In this document: piece after piece, positions 19,218 to 29,376 of the stretch | Numbering within the stretch: the first letter of the stretch is position 1 | Layout: every line of letters begins with the position of its first letter | Source: an uncultured Candidatus Rokubacteria bacterium | GTDB lineage: Bacteria; Methylomirabilota; Methylomirabilia; Rokubacteriales; DASRDR01 | DNA length: 64,000 bases | Assembly: GCA_963708025.1 (NCBI GenBank) | Contig: CAVPSB010000025.1 | Span: forward strand, 256,001 to 320,000 | Direction: 5' to 3' | Program-made: the position numbers and the translations under genes | The notes under the pieces: generated by a model | What the model saw: the letters and a program-made list of their open reading frames with translations, nothing else | Database searches by the model: none | What the model was told of the DNA's origin: nothing

Positions 19218-19863
19218 GCCTTGCGGCCCGGGAGGCGTCCGCGACCGTCGCCAGGCCGGCCAGATAGGCCCTGGCCGGCGCCTGGGCGACGAGCGCGGAC
19301 CAGTCCGCGGCGTGGAGCAGCCTGCCATCCTGGATGAAGATGAAGCGCTCGCAGACCTCTCGCAGGATGTCGATGTGGTACGACTCGTGCGGATGGAGCG
19401 ACATCAGCACGAGCCGCTGTTCGGCGCGCAGGCGCCGGAAGAAGCCCAGCATGAAGCCGACATAGCCGTCCTGGGGGCTGAACTCCGGCTCGTCGAACAG
19501 GTGGATGAGCGGATAGTCCGTGCCGGCGCGTTCCAGCATGAAGCTCGGCCAGGTCCGGCGAAACCGCCGGATCTGATAGGACTGGTGATGGTGGATGGCG
19601 AGCCGATCGCGCTCGTCGTAGCGGACCCGGTGGATGTCCTTGCCGGCGCAATAGACCGAGCCGGCGGTCGGCCTGTTGCTGCCCGTGATGAGCTCGAACA
19701 GCGTCGTCTTGCCCGAGCCGTTCGGCCCCAGCACGCCCACGATGGCCGCCTTCTCGATCGTGAACTCGGCCTCGAGCGAGAAGGTGGGCCGGGCGCGCCA
19801 GCTGGCGCTCCGGTACACTTTCTTCAGTCCGCGGACGGCGAGGAGCGGGGGCTCCATCGTCAC
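19210..19863 (-). CDS. atypical short ABC ATP-binding protein
   Basis: Walker A GPNGSGKTT and HLFDEP; no LSGG signature. Confidence 0.75.
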   Translation of the reverse strand: MTMEPPLLAVRGLKKVYRSASWRARPTFSLEAEFTIEKAAIVGVLGPNGSGKTTLFELITGSNRPTAGSVYCAGKDIHRVRYDERDRLAIHHHQSYQIRRFRRTWPSFMLERAGTDYPLIHLFDEPEFSPQDGYVGFMLGFFRRLRAEQRLVLMSLHPHESYHIDILREVCERFIFIQDGRLLHAADWSALVAQAPARAYLAGLATVADASRAARLC

Positions 19864-20558
19864 ACCCCCAGGAGCCGCGCCCGCAGTCGACCGTCGGCGG
19901 CGAACTCGGCGGCGGGGCCGTGGTGGACGATGCGGCCGCGGTCGATCGCATAGACACGATCGCTCACCGCCAGTGCCGTGTGCGCGTTCTGGTCGACGAG
20001 AAGGACGGATAGACCCTCGCCCTTCATCTGGACGACGAGCTGCATCACGACCTGGGCGATCCTGGGCGCCAGGCCCTGCGTCGGCTCATCGAGCAACAAG
20101 AGCCCTGGCGAGCCCAGGAGCGCGCGGCCGATCGCCACCATCTGCGCCTCGCCGCCAGATAGGTTCTCGGCCTCGCGGGCCATGAGGTGCGGCAGCGCCG
20201 GGAACAGCCTGAACAGATCCTCGACGGCCCAGCTCCGGAAGGGGCTGGCTTTGCGGGCGATGTCGAGGTTGCGCGAGACGGTCAGGTTGGGAAAGACGCG
20301 GCGGTCTTCCGGTACCCAGCCCACGCCGGCGCGCGCGATCGTGTGCACCTCGGCGCGGGTGATGTCGGCGCCGTCGAGCCGGATCCGGCCGCGCCGGGCC
20401 GGCGTCAAGCCCAGGATCGAGCGGAGGATCGTCGTCTTGCCGGCGCCATTGGGGCCCAGAAGCGCCACGACCTCGCCCTCGCCGACCCCGAGCGTGACGC
20501 CGAAGAGCGCCTGGGTCTCGCCGTAGTACGTGTCGATGGAGTCGATCTCGAGCCTCAT
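19860..20558 (-). CDS. livF: branched-chain amino acid-type ABC ATPase (LivF-like)
   Basis: GPNGAGKTT, WVPEDRRVF, LSGGEAQM, LDEPTQGLAP. Confidence 0.9.
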   Translation of the reverse strand: MRLEIDSIDTYYGETQALFGVTLGVGEGEVVALLGPNGAGKTTILRSILGLTPARRGRIRLDGADITRAEVHTIARAGVGWVPEDRRVFPNLTVSRNLDIARKASPFRSWAVEDLFRLFPALPHLMAREAENLSGGEAQMVAIGRALLGSPGLLLLDEPTQGLAPRIAQVVMQLVVQMKGEGLSVLLVDQNAHTALAVSDRVYAIDRGRIVHHGPAAEFAADGRLRARLLGV

Positions 20559-21295
20559 GCCAGGCTGCCCAGGTTCGAGGCACGGACCCATCTGTCCTCG
20601 CGCAGCACGGCGGGCGTGCCCTCGGCGATGATCTGACCCCAGTGCATGACCGAGACATGGTCGGCCAGCCCGAACAGGACCGGCATGTTGTGCTCGATCA
20701 GCACGATGGTGACCGAGCGCTTCAGCTCGCGCAGCAGTTCCGAGAGCTGGACCACGGCGTCCGCGCTCAGTCCCGAGGTCGGCTCGTCCAGAAACAGGAT
20801 CTTCGGACGCTGGGCGAGTGCGATGGCGATGTCCAGCCGCCGGCGGTCGCCATACGGCAGGCTCTTCGCTGGCACGTGCGCCCTGTCCCGCAGGCCCACG
20901 CGCGCCAGCACGTCGAGACCCTCGGCCGCGTGCTCCTCGTGCATCAGCTCGCCGAACATGTCGTAGTTGCGCGCCCGGACCGCCGGCAGCGCCAGTACCA
21001 CGTTCAGGAGCGCGCTGAAGTCGTTGAACAGGTGTGGGGCTTGGAAGGACCGGGCGACGCCGCGGTCGGCGATGGCGCGCGGGGGAAGCCCGGTGATGTC
21101 GGTCCCGTCGAACACCACCCGTCCGCGGTCCGGCTTGAACCGACCGGTCAGCACGTTGAAGCACGTCGTCTTGCCGGCGCCGTTCGGCCCCATGATGCCG
21201 CTGAGCCGGCCCTCCTCGAAGGCGAGGTTGACCTCCTCGAGCACGACCTGGTGTCCGAAGCGCTTGTGCAGGTGATGGGTTTCAAACAACGCCAT
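20555..21295 (-). CDS. livG: branched-chain amino acid-type ABC ATPase (LivG-like)
   Basis: GPNGAGKTT, ARSFQ, LPYGDRRRL, IEHNM. Confidence 0.9.
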   Translation of the reverse strand: MALFETHHLHKRFGHQVVLEEVNLAFEEGRLSGIMGPNGAGKTTCFNVLTGRFKPDRGRVVFDGTDITGLPPRAIADRGVARSFQAPHLFNDFSALLNVVLALPAVRARNYDMFGELMHEEHAAEGLDVLARVGLRDRAHVPAKSLPYGDRRRLDIAIALAQRPKILFLDEPTSGLSADAVVQLSELLRELKRSVTIVLIEHNMPVLFGLADHVSVMHWGQIIAEGTPAVLREDRWVRASNLGSLA

Positions 21296-22319
21296 CGTCC
21301 GCCCTCGCGGGTTCGGCGGGAGCCGGCCGGCTGGCGGCGCGGCCGCGCCGGATGCGCGCCTGAAGGTCCTGCAGCATGCCCGCGATCCCCTCCGGCTTGA
21401 ACATGACGATGCCCATGAACATCAGACCATACCAGATGAGCCAGGTCCCGGTGAGCGCCCCCAGGACGTCGCGGGCGACGAAGAAGACGACCGTGCCGAG
21501 CACCGGTCCCCAGAAACTGACGAGGCCGCCGCCGGTCAGCGTCATCAGCACCACGATGCCCGACCATTGCAGCGTCATGACTTGCACGTAAGCGCCTTCC
21601 TGCGCCATGGCGAACAGTCCACCGGCCAGGCCCGCCACCATCGCGGACAGCACGAAGACGAGCCACTTGCAGAGCCAGATGTTGTAGCCGAGGAACCCGG
21701 CCCGCAGATCGTTCTGCTTGATCGCCTGCATGACGTGGCCGAACGGCGACTGGATCAGGCGCCACAGCAGCCAGACGACGACGGCGAAGACGGCGAGCAC
21801 GAAGTAGAAGAGGTGGACGTTCGTCTTCGTGCTGATCGACGCGAAGCCGAGCCCGACCGGCAACCGCCGGATGTTGAGGAGCCCGTCCTCGCCTCGGGTC
21901 ACCGTGTGCCACTTCGTGCAGATGAACACGAACATCTCGCCGAAGGCGATGGTCAACAGCGCGTAGTAGATGCCGCGCCGGTGCGAGATGAAGCTGGCTA
22001 CGAACGCGCCGGCCAGCGCCGCGGCGATCGCGGACGCGGCGAGGCACGCCCACAGGTTTGGAAGGACGTTGAACTGGAACAGCCCGAACGCATAGCCGCC
22101 GATGCCGAAGAAGGCGGCGTGCCCGAACGAGGGCAGCCCGGTGTAGCCGAGCGTCATGTTGTACGCCATGGCGAACAACGACCAGATCAGCACTTCGAGC
22201 GCGAGATAGTCGTACAGCCCGATCCGCTGCGTCCACAGCGGCATGCTCGCGAAGATCGCCACTGTCGCCAGGAGTGACAGCGGGAGAGGCCCGCGCAGGC
22301 GATCGGCCAGCGCCCCCAT
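21282..22319 (-). CDS. livM: Liv-type ABC permease (LivM-like)
   Basis: GYTGLPSFGHAAFFGIG, GIYYALLTIAF, GEDG. Confidence 0.9.
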   Translation of the reverse strand: MGALADRLRGPLPLSLLATVAIFASMPLWTQRIGLYDYLALEVLIWSLFAMAYNMTLGYTGLPSFGHAAFFGIGGYAFGLFQFNVLPNLWACLAASAIAAALAGAFVASFISHRRGIYYALLTIAFGEMFVFICTKWHTVTRGEDGLLNIRRLPVGLGFASISTKTNVHLFYFVLAVFAVVVWLLWRLIQSPFGHVMQAIKQNDLRAGFLGYNIWLCKWLVFVLSAMVAGLAGGLFAMAQEGAYVQVMTLQWSGIVVLMTLTGGGLVSFWGPVLGTVVFFVARDVLGALTGTWLIWYGLMFMGIVMFKPEGIAGMLQDLQARIRRGRAASRPAPAEPARADDGVV

Positions 22320-22321
22320 GC

Positions 22322-23254
22322 TCACCTCTCCAGCATGCTCTGCGTGCCCAGGAGTCCGCGGCCGCGGAAGGTCACGACGGCGATCAGCAGCAGATACATC
22401 GAGAACAGCGACCAGTCGGTCTTGTAGGCACCGGTCAGCCCCACCACCATGCCGACGAGCAGCCCCGCCATCACCGGGCCCCAGAAGCTGCCGACGCCGC
22501 CGAGCACGATGATGACGAAGGCGGGGATCACGGCGTCCACGCCCATGTGCGGGCGAATGCCCCAGATCGGCGCCATGGCGAACCCGGCCAGCGCCGCCAG
22601 GCCGGTGCCGAAGGCGAACACGAAGAGCCGCAGCCGTCGCAGATTGACGCCGAGCACGCGCACCATCTCGCTGTCGTGCGCGCCGGCCTTGATGATGGCG
22701 CCGTAGGACGTGCGCTCGAGGAACAGCCACAGGAGCGCGATCAGCGCAACGGCGACGGCCGAGGCGAAGAACCGGTAGGTGGAGAAGAGCAGATCCCCGA
22801 CCACGAAGCCCGAGGAGATCGCGGCGGGGATCGGCAGGAACTTGTCGGCGCGGCCGAAGCCGGTGCGGATCGCCTCCTCGATGACCAGGGATGCGCCGAA
22901 GGTGAGCAGCAGGCCGTAGAGCGGAATCCGGTCGTAGGTGCGGCGCAGGCATACCTCCAGGGCCATGCCCACGATGGCGACCACCGCGGGCGCGATCACG
23001 AAGGCCAGGGCGTACCGCCAGCCGGCCGGCAGCGCGTAGAAGGGCTGGATCCAGCCGCTCAGGCGGGGCAGCGCGTCCTTGCTGAGCGTGACGAGTCCCA
23101 CGTAGGCGCCGAGCGCGAACAGCGAGCCGTGGGCCAGGTTGATCACCTCCATCATGCTGAGGATCAGCATGAAGCCCAGCGCCACCAGGGCGAACAGGAG
23201 ACCGAGCGTGAGCCCGTTGACGAGATGCGGAAGCAGGTCGTTGACGAATGCCAT
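22322..23254 (-). CDS. livH: Liv-type ABC permease (LivH-like)
   Basis: NGLTLGLLFALVALG, INLAHG, VLGGVGS. Confidence 0.9.
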   Translation of the reverse strand: MAFVNDLLPHLVNGLTLGLLFALVALGFMLILSMMEVINLAHGSLFALGAYVGLVTLSKDALPRLSGWIQPFYALPAGWRYALAFVIAPAVVAIVGMALEVCLRRTYDRIPLYGLLLTFGASLVIEEAIRTGFGRADKFLPIPAAISSGFVVGDLLFSTYRFFASAVAVALIALLWLFLERTSYGAIIKAGAHDSEMVRVLGVNLRRLRLFVFAFGTGLAALAGFAMAPIWGIRPHMGVDAVIPAFVIIVLGGVGSFWGPVMAGLLVGMVVGLTGAYKTDWSLFSMYLLLIAVVTFRGRGLLGTQSMLER

Positions 23255-23276
23255 CGGCCAGCCGAAGGGTCGGCGG

Positions 23277-23310
23277 GGGTGGGAGGAGGCCGATCGGCCT
23301 CCTCCCACCC
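23277..23310. repeat. perfect 34-bp palindrome between binding-protein and permease genes
   Basis: GGGTGGGAGGAGGCCGATCGGCCTCCTCCCACCC is its own reverse complement. Confidence 0.9.
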
Positions 23311-23341
23311 GCAGCCAGCCGCCGGTTCGGGCCTGCCGCGA

Positions 23342-24634
23342 CTACATCTCGTAGGTCGGCGTGGCCTCGTAGGTCTCGAGCTTGCAGTCCTTCTCGGTCT
23401 CGGAGACCACGTCCTCGGGCTTCGCCATGCCGATGATCTTGAACAGGTCGGTCTTGTCCCGCGGCTCGAAGTTGCGGGCGCCCACGTAGACGGTCTGCTG
23501 GACGTGATGGCTGTTGCGGTCGATCCAGGCGTCGTGGTGCTGCATGCGGTCCCGCGCGGGCATCCGGTGGCCCTCGAGCGCCTTGATGATCTTGAGGTTG
23601 TTGGTGGAGCCCACGCGCTCGATGACTCGGATCAGCTCCCGCATCGCGTAGTAGCCGTTGTAGAACACGTTGCCTGGCACCGGCTCCGGGGCGCCGGGGA
23701 ACTTGCGCTGGTACTTGGCGTTGAATTCGACGACGCCCGGCAAGTCGAGATAGTGGTACCAGGTCGTGGGAAAGATCCCGAACACGCCGGACGGACCCAA
23801 GGGCCAGGCGTCGGGCCAGTCGGGCACGGCGCCGCCGGAGAAGCGCAGCTTCCGATCCAGGCCCTGGTCGATGACCTGCTGGCGCATCGACTTGAAGTCG
23901 TCGCCGCCGATCGCCGGGGCGACCACGTCGGCCTTGATCTGCTGCGCTTTCAGGAGGATCGCCGAGAAGTCGCGGGTGCCGACCGGCACCATGATCTCGT
24001 CCGCCACTTTGCCGCCGAAGCGCTCCAGCGTCCGGCGCGTGGCCGCCGACTGGTCACGGCCCCACACGTAGTCGTTGGTCAGGAGCAGCCAGCTCTTGCC
24101 GAACTGGTCGATGCCGGCCTTGACCGAGGCCAGGGCGAAGTTGTGCGAGTTGCCGTCCCACATGAACTTGGTGCGGTGGCAGTCCTTGCCCGACTCGGTG
24201 GTGGAGCTGGAGTTGGTATTGAAGTAGATGACGCCGTATTTCTGGCACACCTGCGAGATCGCGTTGGCGACGCCCGACTGCACGGCGCCGACGACGAAGG
24301 CGACCTCCTCGCGCGTGATGAAGCGCTCGGCCACGCGGGTGCCGGTGGCGGGCGTCGTTTCGGTGTCCTGCCAGACGTGGGTCAGCTTGCGGCCGAGGAC
24401 CCCGCCCTTCTCGTTCGCCTCCTCGATCGCCAGGATCGTGCCCAGCTTCTCCGACTGGCCGCTGGCGCCGAACTGGCCGCTGGCGTCGTGGGTGAGCCCG
24501 ATCTTGATCGGCTTGTCGGTGGCGGCGGCATAGACGTGCACGTGCTTCCAGGGACCCATGAAGGCGACGAGGCCCGCGGAAGCGGCGCCGGCCACCTTCA
24601 GTGCGTCGCGCCGGGAGAGCTTCGGTCGAGGCAT
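23342..24634 (-). CDS. Tat-exported Liv-type ABC substrate-binding protein
   Basis: SRRDALK, IKIGL, LAIEEANEKGGVLGRK, DYVWG, GTRDFS. Confidence 0.92.
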   Translation of the reverse strand: MPRPKLSRRDALKVAGAASAGLVAFMGPWKHVHVYAAATDKPIKIGLTHDASGQFGASGQSEKLGTILAIEEANEKGGVLGRKLTHVWQDTETTPATGTRVAERFITREEVAFVVGAVQSGVANAISQVCQKYGVIYFNTNSSSTTESGKDCHRTKFMWDGNSHNFALASVKAGIDQFGKSWLLLTNDYVWGRDQSAATRRTLERFGGKVADEIMVPVGTRDFSAILLKAQQIKADVVAPAIGGDDFKSMRQQVIDQGLDRKLRFSGGAVPDWPDAWPLGPSGVFGIFPTTWYHYLDLPGVVEFNAKYQRKFPGAPEPVPGNVFYNGYYAMRELIRVIERVGSTNNLKIIKALEGHRMPARDRMQHHDAWIDRNSHHVQQTVYVGARNFEPRDKTDLFKIIGMAKPEDVVSETEKDCKLETYEATPTYEM

Positions 24635-24807
24635 GGATTCCTCCTCTCGACGAGAGTTCCACGAGGCGGTTCCCCCGGCTGACGATCCTAGATCGGACAT
24701 TCTGGATTGTCAAAGCACGCGGGACCAGGGCAAGTCGTATCCCGTCGCGCTCGGGGCCGAGGGATACTCGAGGACCCTCCGCTGACGGGCGGAATCGGAC
24801 TCAGCCC

Positions 24808-25561
24808 TCAGCCCATGAACGTCCCGCCGTTGACGTGGATCACCTGACCGGTGATCCACCGCGCCTCCTCGGACGCGAGGAACACGGCCACGCTCGCGAT
24901 CTCCTCCGGACGGGCCATCCGCCCCTCGAGCGGGATGTCGTGGGCGAGAGCTCGGAGCTCGGCCTCGGTGTGTCCGTATCGCGGCTGGGCGGTGTCGGTC
25001 AGCCCGGGCGCGATCGCGTTGACCCGGATGTGGTGGGGGGCGAGCGCCAGGGCCATCGCGCGGGTGAGCCCGACCACGCCGGCCTTGCTGGCGGCGTAGT
25101 GCACGCCGAGGGGCGTGCCCCGCACGGCGACCGACGAGAGGTTGACGATGGTTCCGGGGCGAGCCCCGGCCACCATCGCGCGGGCGGCCGCCTGGGCGCA
25201 GAGGAAGCTGCCCTTCAGGTTGACGTCGAGCACTCGGGCCCACTCGTCCTCGCATGATGTCGAGGAACGGCGATCGCGGGAAGATGCCGGCGTTGTTCAC
25301 GAGGACGTCGAGCGGGCCGAGCCCGGTCACGACGGCCTCGACCATCCGCCGCGCCTCCTCCGCCCGCGACACGTCACCCGGAATCAGGACCGCGCGCCGG
25401 CCACGGGCACGGACCTCGTCGGCGACCGCGCCGGCGGCGGTCTGGTCGTCGAGGTAGTTGACGCCGACGTCGGCGCCGTCTGCGGCGAGCGCGAGCGCGA
25501 TGGCACGCCCGATACCCTGTTGCGCTCCCGTGACGAGGGCGACCTTCCCGAGGAGTCGCAT
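24808..25561 (-). CDS. SDR family oxidoreductase (frameshift near 25250)
   Basis: TGAQQGIG, NNAG, YAASK, NAIAPG, ITGQVIHVNGG. Confidence 0.9.
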
Positions 25562-25755
25562 CGCTGGCCTCCGTGTACGTCCCTCACCCTACCGCATCGG
25601 GGTGGGTCGGGAAAGCGCCCCCGGCGCGGGCCGGTGGGCGCGCGGGGACGGGGCAACGCCGGGGCCTTCCGGCCCAGCGACCCGATGCCGCGATGCAACC
25701 AAAGAGCAGCACGCGGGCCGCGTCCTCGGTCGGCACACTGTCTTGCGTCTTGACA

Positions 25756-25784
25756 TTGACCCCCGCCGAGACCGGGCGTAGAGT
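25756..25784 (+). promoter_or_regulatory. putative sigma-70 promoter
   Basis: TTGACC-17 bp-TAGAGT. Confidence 0.5.
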
Positions 25785-25975
25785 GGCGGACATCTTACCT
25801 TCCTCACCGGCCAACCTCAGGGCGGAGCGGGAGGTCTCCGCATCGTCCCCAGTCACCTGTCGCGCGCCCGGTCTTTGCCGGAGGTAGCGGCGTCACGGAG
25901 GCGTCCCGCGTGGAAACAGCCATCTGCATCATCCACCGCGGGGGGTGAATGCCGAGACCACGAAGGAGGTTCCCC

Positions 25976-26578
25976 ATGCACGGAGTCCTCAGGCATTACA
26001 CGCTCGATGCCAAGAACGTCAACGAGGTCATTCGCCGCGTCGCCGAGGGTGGCGTCCCGATCATCAAAGCCATTTCTGGCTTTGTCTCGTATGCGATCAT
26101 GGACGTCGGCGATGGCAGCCTGGTCACCTACAGCGTCTACGAGAGCAAGACCGGGGCGGAGGAGTCAACCAAGAAGGCGGCCGCGTGGGTGAAGGAGAAC
26201 ATCGCTGCGATGCTGCCGAATCCTCCGCGCGTGGTGGAGGGTGATGTCCGGCTGCGCGAGATCAAGGAGCAGCCGAAGTACGGCGTGATTCGACGCTACC
26301 AGGTCAACCCGCAGAACATCGACCAGATCGTCACCCGCGCCAAGAATGGTTTTCTGCCCCTCGTCACGCACGTGCCGGGGTTCGCGACCTATTCGATTCT
26401 CGATGCAGGGAAGGGCACGCTCGTGACCCTGAGCGGGTTCACGGCGCCGTCTGGAGCCGCGGAGTCAACCAAGGCCGCGGCGGCCTACGTGAAGGAACAC
26501 CTCGCCTCCCTGGTACCGAGTCCCCCGAGGTCACGTCAGGCGAGGTCAAGCTCATGGAGAGGGCGCGCTAGGATGTGA
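25976..26578 (+). CDS. protein with two tandem ABM-like (dimeric alpha/beta barrel) repeats
   Basis: AGGAGG RBS; two ~95-aa repeats (GFxxY..D.G.G.LVT...AEESTKxAAAxVKE). Likely indel near 26525, true stop 26571. Confidence 0.8.
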   Translation: MHGVLRHYTLDAKNVNEVIRRVAEGGVPIIKAISGFVSYAIMDVGDGSLVTYSVYESKTGAEESTKKAAAWVKENIAAMLPNPPRVVEGDVRLREIKEQPKYGVIRRYQVNPQNIDQIVTRAKNGFLPLVTHVPGFATYSILDAGKGTLVTLSGFTAPSGAAESTKAAAAYVKEHLASLVPSPPRSRQARSSSWRGRARM

Positions 26579-26609
26579 AGGCTGGACCCATCCGTCTCCT
26601 GAAACACGG

Positions 26610-26635
26610 AGGCGCCAGGGATTCCCCTGGCGCCT
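26610..26635. terminator. hairpin between convergent genes
   Basis: AGGCGCCAGGG-ATTC-CCCTGGCGCCT. Confidence 0.65.
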
Positions 26636-26657
26636 TGCCGCCTTCGGGCCTTTCCGG

Positions 26658-27155
26658 CTAACTCCGCAGCGCGGCCTGCACCTGGGCCAGGTGCTCCTCG
26701 GCGTGGCTGACGATGAACGACTCGAGGACCTCGGCCACGGTCATCTCACCCCTCTCGGGGGAGATGCCTCGCTTGCTGCGCTCGGCCATGGATAGCTTCC
26801 GGATCGCGCCCGCGGCGGCCCGAACTTCCTCCTGTAGCCGGCCCAGCAACGCGTCTGGCTGGGCGGCAGCACCGTGCGCAACCCCAGCGAGTCGTTCGGG
26901 CGAACCTGGCGTGCGTCCGAATGCGGGGGGCTCCCCGATGGCGGCGATCAGGACGCGACAATGGCTCAACCAGTACGGGATCATCTCCGTCATGTGTCCC
27001 AGCGTCTGCATCGCTGACCATTCGTTCTCTCCCGGTGCCGTGCGCAGACGCGAGGCCACGCCGGGTTCTCGCAGCAGCGTGGCCACTTGTTCGTAGACCC
27101 GCTCGAGTCGTTTGGCTTGCATCTCGCCGGGGCTCTCCGCGGCCTGTGGTGTCAC
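26658..27155 (-). CDS. DinB family protein
   Basis: GENEWSAMQTLGHMTE ... SHAEEHLAQ; GGAGG RBS before GTG. Confidence 0.85.
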   Translation of the reverse strand: MTPQAAESPGEMQAKRLERVYEQVATLLREPGVASRLRTAPGENEWSAMQTLGHMTEMIPYWLSHCRVLIAAIGEPPAFGRTPGSPERLAGVAHGAAAQPDALLGRLQEEVRAAAGAIRKLSMAERSKRGISPERGEMTVAEVLESFIVSHAEEHLAQVQAALRS

Positions 27156-27404
27156 TTCCAGCCTCCTGGTGAGGATTGGAGCGGAGCGCTCGCCGACATG
27201 CCGGGCACGTCGGCTCGTCACGGGACAAAATAGCACATCGCCGTCCGACGGCCCCCTCCGGGGACCCAGGACTCTACAGGGGAATACCCACAAACAGAAG
27301 TGCTTCCAAAGAACCACGCCTTTCATGCGGCCTTCCGATACCGGCAAGCCTTCTCCGGCGGCATCTCGAGTGTGGCGGGTTCCCGCGTGATAACCTCGAC
27401 TCGG

Positions 27405-28409
27405 ATGCTCGGCCTACCCGATCTGCCCGACATGTGGCGCGTGCTCAAGGAGGCGGACCTGAACAAGATCCGCCTCGAAGCGGAGCGTCCCTTCCAGATG
27501 CTGCTCGTGGCCGAGAACGTCGGCGACGCCGAGCGACTGGCGGTGCTGCTGAGCGGCCCCGAGGCCACGCGCCATCCCTGGCTGCTCCCGGCCGACCCCG
27601 CCGAGGCCCGGCGGGCCGCTGGCTCCGGGATGCTGGACCTCGCCGTCGCGGTGAGCCCGACTCCCGCCCTCTCTCCCGACCTCGCCTTTGCCGTCAACGC
27701 CCTCCGGGAAGCGAGGGTGCCGATCGTGATGATCGTCTTCGGGAGCCGTGGCTCCAGCGCGGCCGTCGCGTGGCCCGGCGAAGCGGCGCGGGTGGCGGTG
27801 GCGCTTCTGGAGCCTTCCGCCGTGCCCGCGGTGGCCCAGGCCCTGCTGTCAGCCGTCTCCCCAGGGATGCGCCTCGCCCTCGCCCGTCACCTGGTCCCCC
27901 TACGCGAACCGCTCTTCGCGGAATTGATCGACGAGACGGCCAAGACGAACGCCATGTACGCCCTCACCACCGGCCTCGCGGAAGTCGTCCCTGTGCTGGA
28001 CGTGCCGCTGAACCTGGCCGACATCGTGGTCCTGACGAAGAACCAGCTCGTCATGAGCTACCGCATCGCCCTCGCCTCCGGCAAGAAGGGCACGCCGCGA
28101 GAGCTGGTCGGCGAGGTGCTCGGGGTGATCGGCGGCGGGTTCCTCTTCCGGCAGGCGGCGCGCCAGCTCGTGGGCTTGATCCCGGTGGCGGGGATCGTCC
28201 CCAAGGTGGCGGTGGCCTATGCGGGCACGCTGGTCATCGGCAAGGCGGTGGTGGCGTGGGCCGCCTACGGCACCGTGCTCGAACCCGGCGCCGTCAAGAA
28301 GCTCTACCAGCAGGCGCTCTCACGTGGCAAGGACGTGGCGCGGGCTCTCGTCGCCCAGGCGCGGGAGCGTGCGTCCCGCCGGCGCTGGCTCCGCTCCCGG
28401 CGCGGATGA
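27405..28409 (+). CDS. DUF697/YcjF-like protein
   Basis: VPVLDVPLNLADIVVLTKNQ, RQLVGLIPVAG, VAYAGT. Confidence 0.7.
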   Translation: MLGLPDLPDMWRVLKEADLNKIRLEAERPFQMLLVAENVGDAERLAVLLSGPEATRHPWLLPADPAEARRAAGSGMLDLAVAVSPTPALSPDLAFAVNALREARVPIVMIVFGSRGSSAAVAWPGEAARVAVALLEPSAVPAVAQALLSAVSPGMRLALARHLVPLREPLFAELIDETAKTNAMYALTTGLAEVVPVLDVPLNLADIVVLTKNQLVMSYRIALASGKKGTPRELVGEVLGVIGGGFLFRQAARQLVGLIPVAGIVPKVAVAYAGTLVIGKAVVAWAAYGTVLEPGAVKKLYQQALSRGKDVARALVAQARERASRRRWLRSRRG

Positions 28410-28468
28410 TCCTCAGCCCCACTCACCGGTTCTCCAGGATCCGCCCGAGACCAGTGGCTGCCCCGAGG

Positions 28469-29119
28469 TCATCGCCGCGAGCTGCGCCAGCGAACGACCT
28501 GGACACCCTCCCACCACCAGGGCTGTCCGCGGTTCTTGCCGGCGAGCTCCACCAGGAGCTCCGCCCTCGAGCGGCGCGCGAGGTAGTCGCGCATCGCCCG
28601 CGCGACCTGGTCCCAGTCCGTGTCGTCCACGACCAACAGGGCCTCCTCGGCGAGGTAGGGCTCGACCAGCCGGAGACCCTCGACCTGCGACTCGTAGTCG
28701 TGAGCGGCGTCGTAGTAGTAAACGCCGACCCGCCGGTCCGCGAGCGCACCGCCGCGCAGGAGCGCGAACGCGTCGCCCTCCAGGAGGGTGTAGCCGGAGA
28801 GGCCGTACCGGCGAAGGTTCGCTTCGATCCGCTCGCGGCTGCCCTCGCCCAACGAGAAGTTGTCGATGCCGACAAATTCGCCCTGGTTGCCGAGCATCGC
28901 TGCGATGAGGCTGAGCCCCTTGAACGAGCCGACCTCGACGTAGCTCTCGCCCTCGTCGAGGAGAGAAGCGGCAAGGTTCAGGAGTGCGAGGTTGTTCTCG
29001 CGGGCGAGCCCACCGACTTCGGCGAGGATCGGCGCGAAGCGACGGTCCCTCGGGTGCTCTGAGCGCGGGTAGTCGTCGAAGAGGCGAGGCAGCTCGCGCG
29101 CGAACCGCTCGAGATTCAC
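28469..29119 (-). CDS. class I SAM-dependent methyltransferase (Methyltransf_24-like)
   Basis: YVEVGSFKGLS, GIDNF, YYDAAHDYE, VVDD. Confidence 0.9.
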   Translation of the reverse strand: MNLERFARELPRLFDDYPRSEHPRDRRFAPILAEVGGLARENNLALLNLAASLLDEGESYVEVGSFKGLSLIAAMLGNQGEFVGIDNFSLGEGSRERIEANLRRYGLSGYTLLEGDAFALLRGGALADRRVGVYYYDAAHDYESQVEGLRLVEPYLAEEALLVVDDTDWDQVARAMRDYLARRSRAELLVELAGKNRGQPWWWEGVQVVRWRSSRR

Positions 29120-29376
29120 GACTGCGGCTGCCAGACACACTGGGGCTCGAGGGCCATCGCCGGCCTCCTTTCGATACCACGTACCCTGCCTGGCCACTCC
29201 CAAGCTCGAGCAGCAGCTCGATGTCGCGGCGCTTCGTGAGCCGCCACGCCAAATCTTCGAGGGACGGGCGCAATGAGACCGGGGACGTCCGCACGGTCTA
29301 CCTCGATGTGGACGGACACCGGGAGGCCCACGATCTCGGGCTGAGGCGCCACCGCCTTCGGTTGGCTCGGGAGCCG

